Positions 45,709 to 58,984 of a stretch of 64,000 nucleotides of DNA are shown here, one piece after another. The position numbers were made by a program, and so were the translations under genes. Below the pieces are notes generated by a model. The model did not search any database, was not told the DNA's origin, and saw only the letters and a list, made by a program, of their open reading frames with translations. The DNA is from Eukaryota sp. GEM-RC1. Lineage: Eukaryota. Every line of letters begins with the position of its first letter. Position 1 is the stretch's first letter. The DNA lies in assembly GCA_040285855.1 (NCBI GenBank), contig JAUFOQ010000003.1, positions 310,001 to 374,000 of the forward strand. Direction: 5' to 3'.

Positions 45709-48393
45709 GATTTGGTTGTGTGTAATTTTTTGGACCTTCTCTTCTAATTGCGCAAGTTTCTGTTGAGTTGGAAAATCTGTAAATTTATAATACCCACTTG
45801 ATCGACTTATCATTGGAGCCAATGTGTTATTGAAAAACTTTATAATTCCAGCAATGACATTATCCAATGCTCCAATTTGGTTGTTTAGATCACCCATTTG
45901 GTTATTGATTTGACCAATATCTTTGCTAAAGATATCTCCATGCACATATCTTCCCAACATTTCCTCAATGGTCCCTAAAAGATCATCTCTAAACAGATTT
46001 AACTCTTCAGCTTGACTATGTCCCCCATATAAGGAAGGAACAAACACATCATCTAAATTGGATTCTCCAAAATCTGTATTCAAAATATCATCAACAATTC
46101 TTGGTCTTCTTCCTCCAATTCTACCCCCAAAGTATCTGAAAGAATCTTGATCATAGAAATTTGATACAGCAAAAGAATCATCGATACCTTGTCGATAGAA
46201 ATTAATCAAGAATCGTTTTAAAGAATTCAAATATCTTCTATATAATTGATATTGCATAAAATGTGGATTGTTAGCTTTTTGAATTATTTCTGCAATTTGA
46301 TGGTCTAACCCATCAATGTGTTGACCCATTGATATACGAACAATCACCTCATACAATACTTTTAAATCTTGATATAAAACATCAACGTGTCTACTATCTA
46401 AATCCTGAAGAGATGCAATTTGATCATATGATTCTTTAGCCACACGAATGTCATTCTTTAATGCTCGTAAAGAAGAATCATCCAAATCACAATCAATTAA
46501 TGTTTTCATCCAATTTGCACAGAATAATTGAGAACAAGTTTTTGTATTTTCCAAAGTTTGTACGACATTTGGATTTTGAAGTAAATCTTCTCCCACATGT
46601 TCACAAATATCATTATAAGTGATGTTGGAATGTTTTAATAATTTTGGATTTTCATCTCCAATGACATTATATTTAATCAGATTTTGTAATCTAATGTTAT
46701 CGTTATTTGTAATTGGAGTACTATTCAGATCCTCATCTTCAACTGATGTAAAAATGGTATTTAATGAATTTGAACAATAAGCAGGTTTTTTTTAATGTTG
46801 TAGTGTAAGATTGTGTTTCTAAATCATAAACAATGGTTTCTTGAGTTTGATCTGGTCCAAGTTTCACTAATGCATCATTTGGATTGAATTTTCCAAAGGT
46901 TAATGCTTTTGCAAGATATTCGCCATCATCAGCTACCTCTGCTGGATCTACAGGAAGACTTTTAGCATTTCCTGGATATATGCGTACAACAAAATGATCC
47001 GGAGAAACATCAGAAGAACCACCTTTTTTGAAGTACGAGTGAATGCTTGGGGGTTTTACATAGAATTCATCAAACACGTTCTTACCAGTATTTGGTCCAT
47101 ACTCCTTATCTAAATGATTGTAATACCAATCCAGATTCGCCTTATTCTGACTATCATTCAAATCCAACCAATTCTGATGTAATGGATTTGCATGCCATCG
47201 TCTAAAGATGTCATTATTAATGGGTCTGACATAAGGACGACCCTCTTCGTAAAGCATATTAGCATACTTGGGAACAAAATATTCATGGTACAATCTGTAA
47301 ATGTCATCTGGAGTTGGTTTACGGTTCGTGGCTTGTTCATAGTCTTGTCTGTATTTTTCTGTTTCATTCCACCACGTAGTTCTATCATTCAAATTCACAA
47401 ATTTTAGCTCGTATCCAATCTTGTCATTTTCAAATACGTGCAGTCTAAGAGTCTCATCTTGCCTAGTTCGAGGTCGAGTTTTTAGAATGGGTCCCACAGT
47501 TGGTATATTTGTAGAGGGTTTAGAAGTGGATTGAGAAGTTGAGTCGTGTTGTTGTTTAGCAGCATCTTCTCGTTGTTTTCGTTTTCGTTGAGCAGCATCA
47601 TGGCTGGAGAGTGTGAGATGGGAAGTGATGTGTTGCATGAAGTTTTTAACAATGTATCTCCATTAATTTTGCATGTTGAGATAATCTAATAGCTTCTAAC
47701 TCTTTCTTTACAGCTGGATCCAAAACAAATCCTGTGTTCTGGAGTCTACGTAAAGTCTCATTACTTACTTGATATAAATCCATCGCGTCTTTATAAACTT
47801 TTTCTAGGTCATTGGTTAATCTCGTGGATAATTGAGTTAACTCCTCTGAATTTCCTACACCTATCGCGGTTTGTTGATATTGGGTAAATAAATCAATCAT
47901 TTCATTATATTTAGCAAGCAGATTGATGTTATTTGAATATGCAGCATTTAAAAAAACTGCTAGAGTTTGTTTTTGATGATTAGATGCGTTAAATTTTTGT
48001 ACTTCTTCTCTTGTCTTTGTTTGTTCCTGTCGTAGTTGTTGCTGCAAGTTCTTTACAGATTCATTTAGTTTAGCCATCTCAAGCTTTGGAAACATTTCGC
48101 GTATTCTTAAGTTGAGCAGCCAACTCCTTATGTTGAGCAACACTTGATTCATATGATGTCCTTAGTCTATGCAGATCTTTTTCCTTTTCAGTATATTGTT
48201 TAATAAGATTCTCATAGTCGATCTTCATTTTGTCAATAGTTTCCTGCAATTGCTGAGAGTTCCTATGCTCATCTCTGAGTTGATCCTGTAATTGTTTTAT
48301 CATATCTTGTACACCTGGAGCACCATCGCTAATATTTTGTTTTAACCGATTAATTTCAGATTGCAATTTTCTGATTTAAGATTTTGAAAAAAA
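45709..48393 (-). repeat. 2.7-kb coding cassette in satellite, copy 1 (5'-truncated coiled-coil gene + 3'-truncated unknown gene)
   Basis: ORFs 48079..48366, 47646..48152, 46739..47638 and 45664..46596; inserted at the monomer A-tract. Confidence 0.85.
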
Positions 48394-51021
48394 GAAACCA
48401 GGTTGCATCACTGTTGTTATGTTAATTATTGGTGTTCAGTTTCTAGTCAGCTGAATGGCACCATGTGGAGTTGAACTCCGTTTATGTTCGATAGATGAAT
48501 ATTTCAAATTTTGCTGCAAGCAACCTCTGTACTACCAACAGTACGAACTATAACACAGTTTGATAGACATTGAGATTCAGTCCTCTTTCGGGTCTATGGA
48601 TTTCACCGATAACAGTGAATCTCTTGTCAAAATTTTGTTAGACAACAACGATTTGTCTCTTTGGTAATCAAAGTCCTAGAAAATACTTCTCAGTACGTTA
48701 CAGGGAACATCTGAAACCGTATACTCTCATCTAAATGTACAGTTTGTATCAATTTGTTCCTTTAACCGAACAGTTTTCAACAACACTACAGTCTTCATCA
48801 ACACGAACAACAACAGAATGTATGAAAAAAGGAAACCAGGTTGCATCACTGTTGTTATGTTAATTATTGGTGTTCAGTTTCTAGTCAACTGAATGGCACT
48901 ATGTGGAGTTGAACTCCGTTGATGAATATTTTAAATTTGCTGCAAGCAACCTCTGTACTACCAACAGTACGAACTATAACACAGTTTGATAGACATTGAG
49001 ATTCAGACCTCTTTCGGATCTATGAATTTCATTGATAACAGTGAATCTCTTGTCAAAATTTTGTTAGACAATAACGATTTTTCTCTTTGGTAATCAAAGT
49101 CCTAGAAAATACTTCTCAGTATGTAACAGGGGACATCTAAATCCGTATACTGTCATCTAAATGTACAGTTTGTGTCAATTTGTTCCTTTAACCGAATAGT
49201 GATCAACAACACTACAGTCTTCATCAACACGAACAACAACAAAAGAGATACAAGATGGATGAAAAAAAGAAACCAGGTTGCATCACTGTTGTTATGTTAA
49301 TTATTGGTGTTCAGTTTCTAGTCAGCTGAATGGCACCATGTGGAGTTGAACTCCGTTTATGTTCGATAGATGAATATTTCAAATTTTGCTGCAAGCAACC
49401 ACCAACAGTACGAACTATAACACAGTTTGATAGACATTGAGATTCAGTCCTCTTTCGGGTCTATGGATTTCACCGATAACAGTGAATCTCTTGTCAAAAT
49501 TTTGTTAGACAACAACGATTTGTCTCTTTGGTAATCAAAGTCCTAGAAAATACTTCTCAGTACGTTACAGGGAACATCTGAAACCGTATACTCTCATCTA
49601 AATGTACAGTCGATATCAATTTGTTCCTTTAACCGAACAGTTTTCAACAACACTACAGTCTTCATCAACACGAACAACAACAAAAGAGATACAAGATGGA
49701 TGAAAAAAGGAAACCAGGTTGCATCACTGTTGTTATGTTAATTATTGGTGTTCAGTTTCTAGTCAGCTGAATGGCACCATGTGGAGTTGAACTCCGTTTA
49801 TGATCGACAGATATTTTAAAATTTTGCTGCAAGCAACCTCTGTACTACTAACAGTACGAACTATAACACAGTTTGATAGACATTGAGCTTCAGACCTCCT
49901 TCGGATCTATGGATGTCACCGATAACAGTGAATCTCTTGTCGTAATTTTGTTAGACAACAAAGATTTTTCTCTTTGGTAATCAAAGTCCTAGAAGATACT
50001 TCTCAGTACGTTAAAGGGAACATCTAAAACCGTACACTCTCATTTAAATGTACAGTTTGTATCAATTTGTTCCTTTAACCGAACAGTTTTCAACAACGCT
50101 ACAGTCTTCATCAACACGAACAACAACAAAAGAGATACAAGATGGATGGAAAAAAGGAAACCAGGTTGCATCACTGTTGTTAAGTTAATTATCAGTGTTC
50201 AGTTTCTAGTCAGCTGAATGGCACCATGTGGAGTTGAACTCCGTTTATGATCAATAGATGAATATTTTAAATTTGCTGCAAGCAACCACCAACAGTACGA
50301 ACTATAACACAGTTTGATAGACATTGAGATTCAGTCCTCTTTCGGGTCTATGGATTTCACCGATAACAGTGAATCTCTTGTCAAAATTTTGTTAGACAAC
50401 AACGATTTGTCTCTTTGGTAATCAAAGTCCTAGAAAATACTTCTCAGTACGTTACAGGGAACATCTGAAACCGTATACTCTCATCTAAATGTACAGTTTG
50501 TATCAATTTGTTCCTTTAACCGAACAGTTTTCAACAACACTACAGTCTTCATCAACACGAACAACAACAGAATGTATGAAAAAAGGAAACCAGGTTGCAT
50601 CACTGTTGTTATGTTAATTATTGGTGTTCAGTTTCTAGTCAACTGAATGGCACTATGTGGAGTTGAACTCCGTTGATGAATATTTTAAATTTGCTGCAAG
50701 CAACCTCTGTACTACCAACAGTACGAACTATAACACAGTTTGATAGACATTGAGATTCAGACCTCTTTCGGATCTATGAATTTCATTGATAACAGTGAAT
50801 CTCTTGTCAAAATTTTGTTAGACAATAACGATTTTTCTCTTTGGTAATCAAAGTCCTAGAAAATACTTCTCAGTATGTAACAGGGGACATCTAAATCCGT
50901 ATACTGTCATCTAAATGTACAGTTTGTGTCAATTTGTTCCTTTAACCGAATAGTGATCAACAACACTACAGTCTTCATCAACACGAACAACAACAAAAGA
51001 GATACAAGATGGATGAAAAAA

Positions 51022-53705
51022 GATTTGGTTGTGTGTAATTTTTTGGACTTTCTCTTCTAATTGCGCAAGTTTCTGTTGAGTTGGAAAATCTGTAAATTTA
51101 TAATACCCACTTGATCGACTTATCATTGGAGCCAATGTGTTATTGAAAAACTTTATAATTCCAGCAATGACATTATCCAATGCTCCAATTTGGTTGTTTA
51201 GATCACCCATTTGGTTATTGATTTGACCAATATCTTTGCTAAAGATATCTCCATGCACATATCTTCCCAATATTTCCTCAATGGTCCCTAAAAGATCATC
51301 TCTAAACAGATTTAACTCTTCAGCTTGACTATGTCCCCCATATAAGGAAGGAACAAACACATCATCTAAATTGGATTCTCCAAAATCTGTATTCAAAATA
51401 TCATCAACAATTCTTGGTCTTCTTCCTCCAATTCTACCCCCAAAGTATCTGAAAGAATCTTGATCATAGAAATTTGATACAGCAAAAGAATCATCGATAC
51501 CTTGTCGATAGAAATTAATCAAGAATCGTTTTAAAGAATTCAAATATCTTCTATATAATTGATATTGCATAAAATGTGGATTGTTAGCTTTTGAATTATT
51601 TCTGCAATTTGATGGTCTAACCCATCAATGTGTTGACCCATTGATATACGAACAATCACCTCATACAATACTTTTAAATCTTGATATAAAACATCAACGT
51701 GTCTACTATCTAAATCCTGAAGAGATGCAATTTGATCATATGATTCTTTAGCCACACGAATGTCATTCTTTAATGCTCGTAAAGAAGAATCATCCAAATC
51801 ACAATCAATTAATGTTTTCATCCAATTTGCACAGAATAATTGAGAACAAGTTTTTGTATTTTCCAAAGTTTGTACGACATTTGGATTTTGAAGTAAATCT
51901 TCTCCCACATGTTCACAAATATCATTATAAGTGATGTTGGAATGTTTTAATAATTTTGGATTTTCATCTCCAATGACATTATATTTAATCAGATTTTGTA
52001 ATCTAATGTGATCGTCATTTGTAATTGGAGTACTATTCAGATCCTCATCTTCAACTGATGTAAAAATGGTATTTAATGAATTTGAACAATAAGCAGGTTT
52101 TTTTTAATGTTGTAGTGTAAGATTGTGTTTCTAAATCATAAACAATGGTTTCTTGAGTTTGATCTGGTCCAAGTTTCACTAATGCATCATTTGGATTGAA
52201 TTTTCCAAAGGTTAATGCTTTTGCAAGATATTCGCCATCATCAGCTACCTCTGCTGGATCTACAGGAAGACTTTTAGCATTTCCTGGATATATGCGTACA
52301 ACAAAATGATCCGGAGAAACATCAGAAGAACCACCTTTTTGAAGTACGAGTGAATGCTTGGGGGTTTTACATAGAATTCATCAAACACGTTCTTACCAGT
52401 ATTTGGTCCATACTCCTTATCTAAATGATTGTAATACCAATCCAGATTCGCCTTATTCTGACTATCATTCAAATCCAACCAATTCTGATGTAATGGATTT
52501 GCATGCCATCGTCTAAAGATGTCATTATTAATGGGTCTGACATAAGGACGACCCTCTTCGTAAAGCATATTAGCATACTTGGGAACAAAATATTCATGGT
52601 ACAATCTGTAAATGTCATCTGGAGTTGGTTTACGGTTCGTGGCTTGTTCATAGTATTGTCTGTATTTTTCTGTTTCATTCCACCACGTAGTTCTATCATT
52701 CAAATTCACAAATTTTAGCTCGTATCCAATCTTGTCATTTTCAAATACGTGCAGTCTAAGAGTCTCATCTTGCCTAGTTCGAGGTCGAGTTTTTAGAATG
52801 GGTCCCACAGTTGGTATATTTGTAGAGGGTTTAGAAGTGGATTGAGAAGTTGAGTCGTGTTGTTGTTTAGCAGCATCTTCTCGTTGTTTTCGTTTTCGTT
52901 GAGCAGCATCATGGCTGGAGAGTGTGAGATGGGAAGTGATGTGTTGCATGAAGTTTTTAACAATGTATCTCCATTAATTTTGCATGTTGAGATAATCTAA
53001 TAGCTTCTAACTCTTTCTTTACAGCTGGATCCAAAACAAATCCTGTGTTCTGGAGTCTACGTAAAGTCTCATTACTTACTTGATATAAATCCATCGCGTC
53101 TTTATAAACTTTTTCTAGGTCATTGGTTAATCTCGTGGATAATTGAGTTAACTCCTCTGAATTTCCTACACCTATCGCGGTTTGTTGATATTGGGTAAAT
53201 AAATCAATCATTTCATTATATTTAGCAAGCAGATTGATGTTATTTGAATATGCAGCATTTAAAAAAAACTGCTAGAGTTTGTTTTTGATGATTAGATGCG
53301 TTAAATTTTTGTACTTCTTCTCTTGTCTTTGTTTGTTCCTGTCGTAGTTGTTGCTGCAAGTTCTTTACAGATTCATTTAGTTTAGCCATCTCAAGCTTTG
53401 GAAACATTTCGCGTATTCTTAAGTTGAGCAGCCAACTCTTTATGTTGAGCAACACTTGATTCATATGATGTCCTTAGTCTATGCAGATCTTTTTCCTTTT
53501 CAGTATATTGTTTAATAAGATTCTCATAGTCGATCTTCATTTTGTCAATAGTTTCCTGCAATTGCTGAGAGTTCCTATGCTCATCTCTGAGTTGATCCTG
53601 TAATTGTTTTATCATATCTTGTACACCTGGAGCACCATCGCTAATATTTTGTTTTAACCGATTAATTTCAGATTGCAATTTTCTGATTTAAGATTTTGAA
53701 AAAAA
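51022..53705 (-). repeat. 2.7-kb coding cassette, copy 2
   Basis: Near-identical to copy 1 with the same junctions; extra homopolymer indels. Confidence 0.85.
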
Positions 53706-56700
53706 GAAACCAGGTTGCATCACTGTTGTTATGTTAATTATTGGTGTTCAGTTTCTAGTCAGCTGAATGGCACCATGTGGAGTTGAACTCCGTTTATGTT
53801 CGATAGATGAATATTTCAAATTTTGCTGCAAGCAACCTCTGTACTACCAACAGTACGAACTATAACACAGTTTGATAGACATTGAGATTCAGTCCTCTTT
53901 CGGGTCTATGGATTTCACCGATAACAGTGAATCTCTTGTCAAAATTTTGTTAGACAACAACGATTTGTCTCTTTGGTAATCAAAGTCCTAGAAAATACTT
54001 CTCAGTACGTTACAGGGAACATCTGAAACCGTATACTCTCATCTAAATGTACAGTTTGTATCAATTTGTTCCTTTAACCGAACAGTTTTCAACAACACTA
54101 CAGTCTTCATCAACACGAACAACAACAAAAGAGATACAAGATGGATGAAAAAAAGAAACCAGGTTGCATCACTGTTGTTATGTTAATTATTGGTGTTCAG
54201 TTTCTAGTCAGCTGAATGGCACCATGTGGAGTTGAACTCCGTTTATGTTCGATAGATGAATATTTCAAATTTTGCTGCAAGCAACCACCAACAGTACGAA
54301 CTATAACACAGTTTGATAGACATTGAGATTCAGTCCTCTTTCGGGTCTATGGATTTCACCGATAACAGTGAATCTCTTGTCAAAATTTTGTTAGACAACA
54401 ACGATTTGTCTCTTTGGTAATCAAAGTCCTAGAAAATACTTCTCAGTACGTTACAGGGAACATCTGAAACCGTATACTCTCATCTAAATGTACAGTCGAT
54501 ATCAATTTGTTCCTTTAACCGAACAGTTTTCAACAACACTACAGTCTTCATCAACACGAACAACAACAAAAGAGATACAAGATGGATGAAAAAAGGAAAC
54601 CAGGTTGCATCACTGTTGTTATGTTAATTATTGGTGTTCAGTTTCTAGTCAGCTGAATGGCACCATGTGGAGTTGAACTCCGTTTATGATCGACAGATAT
54701 TTTAAAATTTTGCTGCAAGCAACCTCTGTACTACTAACAGTACGAACTATAACACAGTTTGATAGACATTGAGCTTCAGACCTCCTTCGGATCTATGGAT
54801 GTCACCGATAACAGTGAATCTCTTGTCGTAATTTTGTTAGACAACAAAGATTTTTCTCTTTGGTAATCAAAGTCCTAGAAGATACTTCTCAGTACGTTAA
54901 AGGGAACATCTAAAACCGTACACTCTCATTTAAATGTACAGTTTGTATCAATTTGTTCCTTTAACCGAACAGTTTTCAACAACGCTACAGTCTTCATCAA
55001 CACGAACAACAACAAAAGAGATACAAAATGGAAAAAACGGGGTTTATGATCGTTCAGTGAAATACATGCATTTGCAGAAGTTAATAACTAACAGTCACTA
55101 ACTAAAGTATCTAAACTATAATCCTTCTGTCCATCACCGAACAACTTACCTAAAATTGAATTAAAATATCTGTGCATTGAACGAAACAACGCAAACGTTA
55201 ACCTGCTCAACGAAAAATTACAAGACGGATGGAAAAAAGGGAAACCAGGTTGCATCACTCTTGTTGTGTTAATAATTGGTGTTCAGTCTCTAGTCAGCTG
55301 AATGGCACCATGTGGAGTTGAACTCCGTTTATGATCGACAGATATTTTAAATTTTTGCTGCAAGCAACCTCTGTACTACCAACAGTACGAACTATAACAC
55401 AGTTTGATAGACATTGAGATTCAGACCTCTTTCGGATCTATGAATTTCATTGATAACAGTGAATCTCTTGTCAAAATTTTGTTAGACAATAACGATTTTA
55501 CTCTTTGGTAATCAAAGTCCTAGAAAATACTTCTCAGTATGTAACAGGGGACATCTATAACCGTATACTCTCATCTAAATGTACAGTTTGTGTCAATTTG
55601 TTCCTTTAACCGAATAGTGATCAACAACACTACAGTCTTCATCAACACGAACAACAACAAAAGAGATACAAGATGGATGAAAAAAAGAAACCAGGTTGCA
55701 TCACTGTTGTTATGTTAATTATTGGTGTTCAGTTTCTAGTCAGCTGAATGGCACCATGTGGAGTTGAACTCCGTTTATGTTCGATAGATGAATATTTCAA
55801 ATTTTGCTGCAAGCAACCTCTGTACTACCAACAGTACGAACTATAACACAGTTTGATAGACATTGAGATTCAGTCCTCTTTCGGGTCTATGGATTTCACC
55901 GATAACAGTGAATCTCTTGTCAAAATTTTGTTAGACAACAACGATTTTTCTCTCTGGTAATCAAAGTCCTAGAAAATACTTCTCAGTACGTTACAGGGAA
56001 CATCTGAAACCGTATACTCTCATCTAAATGTACAGTCGATATCAATTTGTTCCTTTAACCGAACAGTTTTCAACAACACTACAGTCTTCATCAACACGAA
56101 CAACAACAAAAGAGATACAAGATGGATGAAAAAGGAAACCAGGTTGCATCACTGTTGTTATGTTAATTATTGGTGTTCAGTTTCTAGTCAGCTGAATGGC
56201 ACCATGTGGAGTTGAACTCCGTTTATGATCGACAGATATTTTAAAATTTTGCTGCAAGCAACCTCTGTACTACTAACAGTACGAACTATAACACAGTTTG
56301 ATAGACATTGAGCTTCAGACCTCCTTCGGATCTATGGATGTCACCGATAACAGTGAATCTCTTGTCGTAATTTTGTTAGACAACAAAGATTTTTCTCTTT
56401 GGTAATCAAAGTCCTAGAAGATACTTCTCAGTACGTTAAAGGGAACATCTAAAACCGTACACTCTCATTTAAATGTACAGTTTGTATCAATTTGTTCCTT
56501 TAACCGAACAGTTTTCAACAACGCTACAGTCTTCATCAACACGAACAACAACAAAAGAGATACAAAATGGAAAAAACGGGGTTTATGATCGTTCAGTGAA
56601 ATACATGCATTTGCAGAAGTTAATAACTAACAGTCACTAACTAAAGTATCTAAACTATAATCCTTCTGTCCATCACCGAACAACTTACCTAAAATTGAAT

Positions 56701-58984
56701 TAAAATATCTGTGCATTGAACGAAACAACGCAAACGTTAACCTGCTCAACGAAAAATTACAAGACGGATGGAAAAAAGGGAAACCAGGTTGCATCACTCT
56801 TGTTGTGTTAATAATTGGTGTTCAGTCTCTAGTCAGCTGAATGGCACCATGTGGAGTTGAACTCCGTTTATGATCGACAGATATTTTAAATTTTGCTGCA
56901 AGCAACCTCTGTACTACCAACAGTACGAACTATAACACAGTTTGATAGACATTGAGATTCAGACCTCTTTCGGATCTATGAATTTCATTGATAACAGTGA
57001 ATCTCTTGTCAAAATTTTGTTAGACAATAACGATTTTTCTCTTTGGTAATCAAAGTCCTAGAAAATACTTCTCAGTATGTAACAGGGGACATCTAAATCC
57101 GTATACTGTCATCTAAATGTACAGTTTGTGTCAATTTGTTCCTTTAACCGAATAGTGATCAACAACACTACAGTCTTCATCAACACGAACAACAACAAAA
57201 GAGATACAAGATGGATGGAAAAAAAGGAAACCAGGTTGCATCACTGTTGTTAAGTTAATTATCAGTGTTCAGTTTCTAGTCAGCTGAATGGCACCATGTG
57301 GAGTTGAACTCCGTTTATGTTCGATAGATGAATATTTCAAATTTTGCTGCAAGCAACCTCTGTACTACCAACAGTACGAACTATAACACAGTTTGATAGA
57401 CATTGAGATTCAGTCCTCTTTCGGGTCTATGGATTTCACCGATAACAGTGAATCTCTTGTCAAAATTTTGTTAGACAACAACGATTTTTCTCTCTGGTAA
57501 TCAAAGTCCTAGAAAATACTTCTCAGTACGTTACAGGGAACATCTAAAACCGTATACTCTCATCTAAATGTACAGTTTGTATTAATTTGTTCCTTTAACC
57601 GAACAGTTTTCAACAACACTACAGTCTTCATCAACACGAACAACAACAGAATGTATGAAAAAAGAAACCAGGTTGCATCACTGTTGTTATGTTAATTATT
57701 GGTGTTCAGTTTCTAGTCAGCTGAATGGCACCATGTGGAGTTGAACTCCGTTTATGTTCGATAGATGAATATTTCAAATTTTGCTGCAAGCAACCTCTGT
57801 ACTACCAACAGTACGAACTATAACACAGTTTGATAGACATTGAGATTCAGTCCTCTTTCGGGTCTATGGATTTCACCGATAACAGTGAATCTCTTGTCAA
57901 AATTTTGTTAGACAACAACGATTTTTCTCTCTGGTAATCAAAGTCCTAGAAAATACTTCTCAGTACGTTACAGGGAACATCTAAAACCGTATACTCTCAT
58001 CTAAATGTACAGTTTGTATTAATTTGTTCCTTTAACCGAACAGTTTTCAACAACACTACAGTCTTCATCAACACGAACAACAACAGAATGTATGAAAAAA
58101 GGAAACCAGGTTGCATCACTGTTGTTATGTTAACTATTGGTGTTCAGTTTCTAGTCAGCTGAATGGCACTATGTGGAGTTGAACTCCGTTTATGTTCGAT
58201 AGATGAATATTTCAAATTTTGCTGCAAGCAACCTCTGTACTACCTACAGTACGAACTATAACACAGTTTGATAGACATTGAGATTCAGTCCTCTTTCGGG
58301 TCTATGGATTTCACCGATAACAGTGAATCTCTTGTCAAAATTTTGTTAGACAACAACGATTTTTCTCTCTGGTAATCAAAGTCCTAGAAAATACTTCTCA
58401 GTACGTTACAGGGAACATCTAAAACCGTATACTCTCATCTAAATGTACAGTTTGTATTAATTTGTTCCTTTAACCGAACAGTTTTCAACAACACTACAGT
58501 CTTCATCAACACGAACAACAACAGAATGTATGAAAAAAGGAAACCAGGTTGCATCACTGTTGTTATGTTAATTATTGGTGTTCAGTTTCTAGTCAGCTGA
58601 ATGGCACCATGTGGAGTTGAACTCCGTTTATGTTCGATAGATATTTTAAATTTTTGCTGCAAGCAACCTCTGTACTACCAACAGTACGAACTATAACACA
58701 GTTTGATAGACATTGAGATTCAGTCCTCTTTCGGGTCTATGGATTTCACCGATAACAGTGAATCTCTTGTCAAAATTTTGTTAGACAACAACGATTTTTC
58801 TCTTTGGTAATCAAAGTCCTAGAAAATACTTCTCAGTACGTTACAGGGAACATCTAAAACCGTATACTCTCATCTAAATGTACAGTTTGTATTAATTTGT
58901 TCCTTTAACCGAACAGTTTTCAACAACACTACAGTCTTCATCAACACGAACAACAACAAAAGAGATACAAGATGGATGAAAAAA

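Noticed and set aside
55038..56779. Two ~200-bp inserts (about 55038-55240 and 56577-56779) as acquired foreign spacers
   Set aside because: They are identical to each other and contain monomer-like words (gtttatgatcg, actaacagt, aactataa, tacaagacggatgg). They are better explained as a diverged, deleted monomer duplicated with its block.
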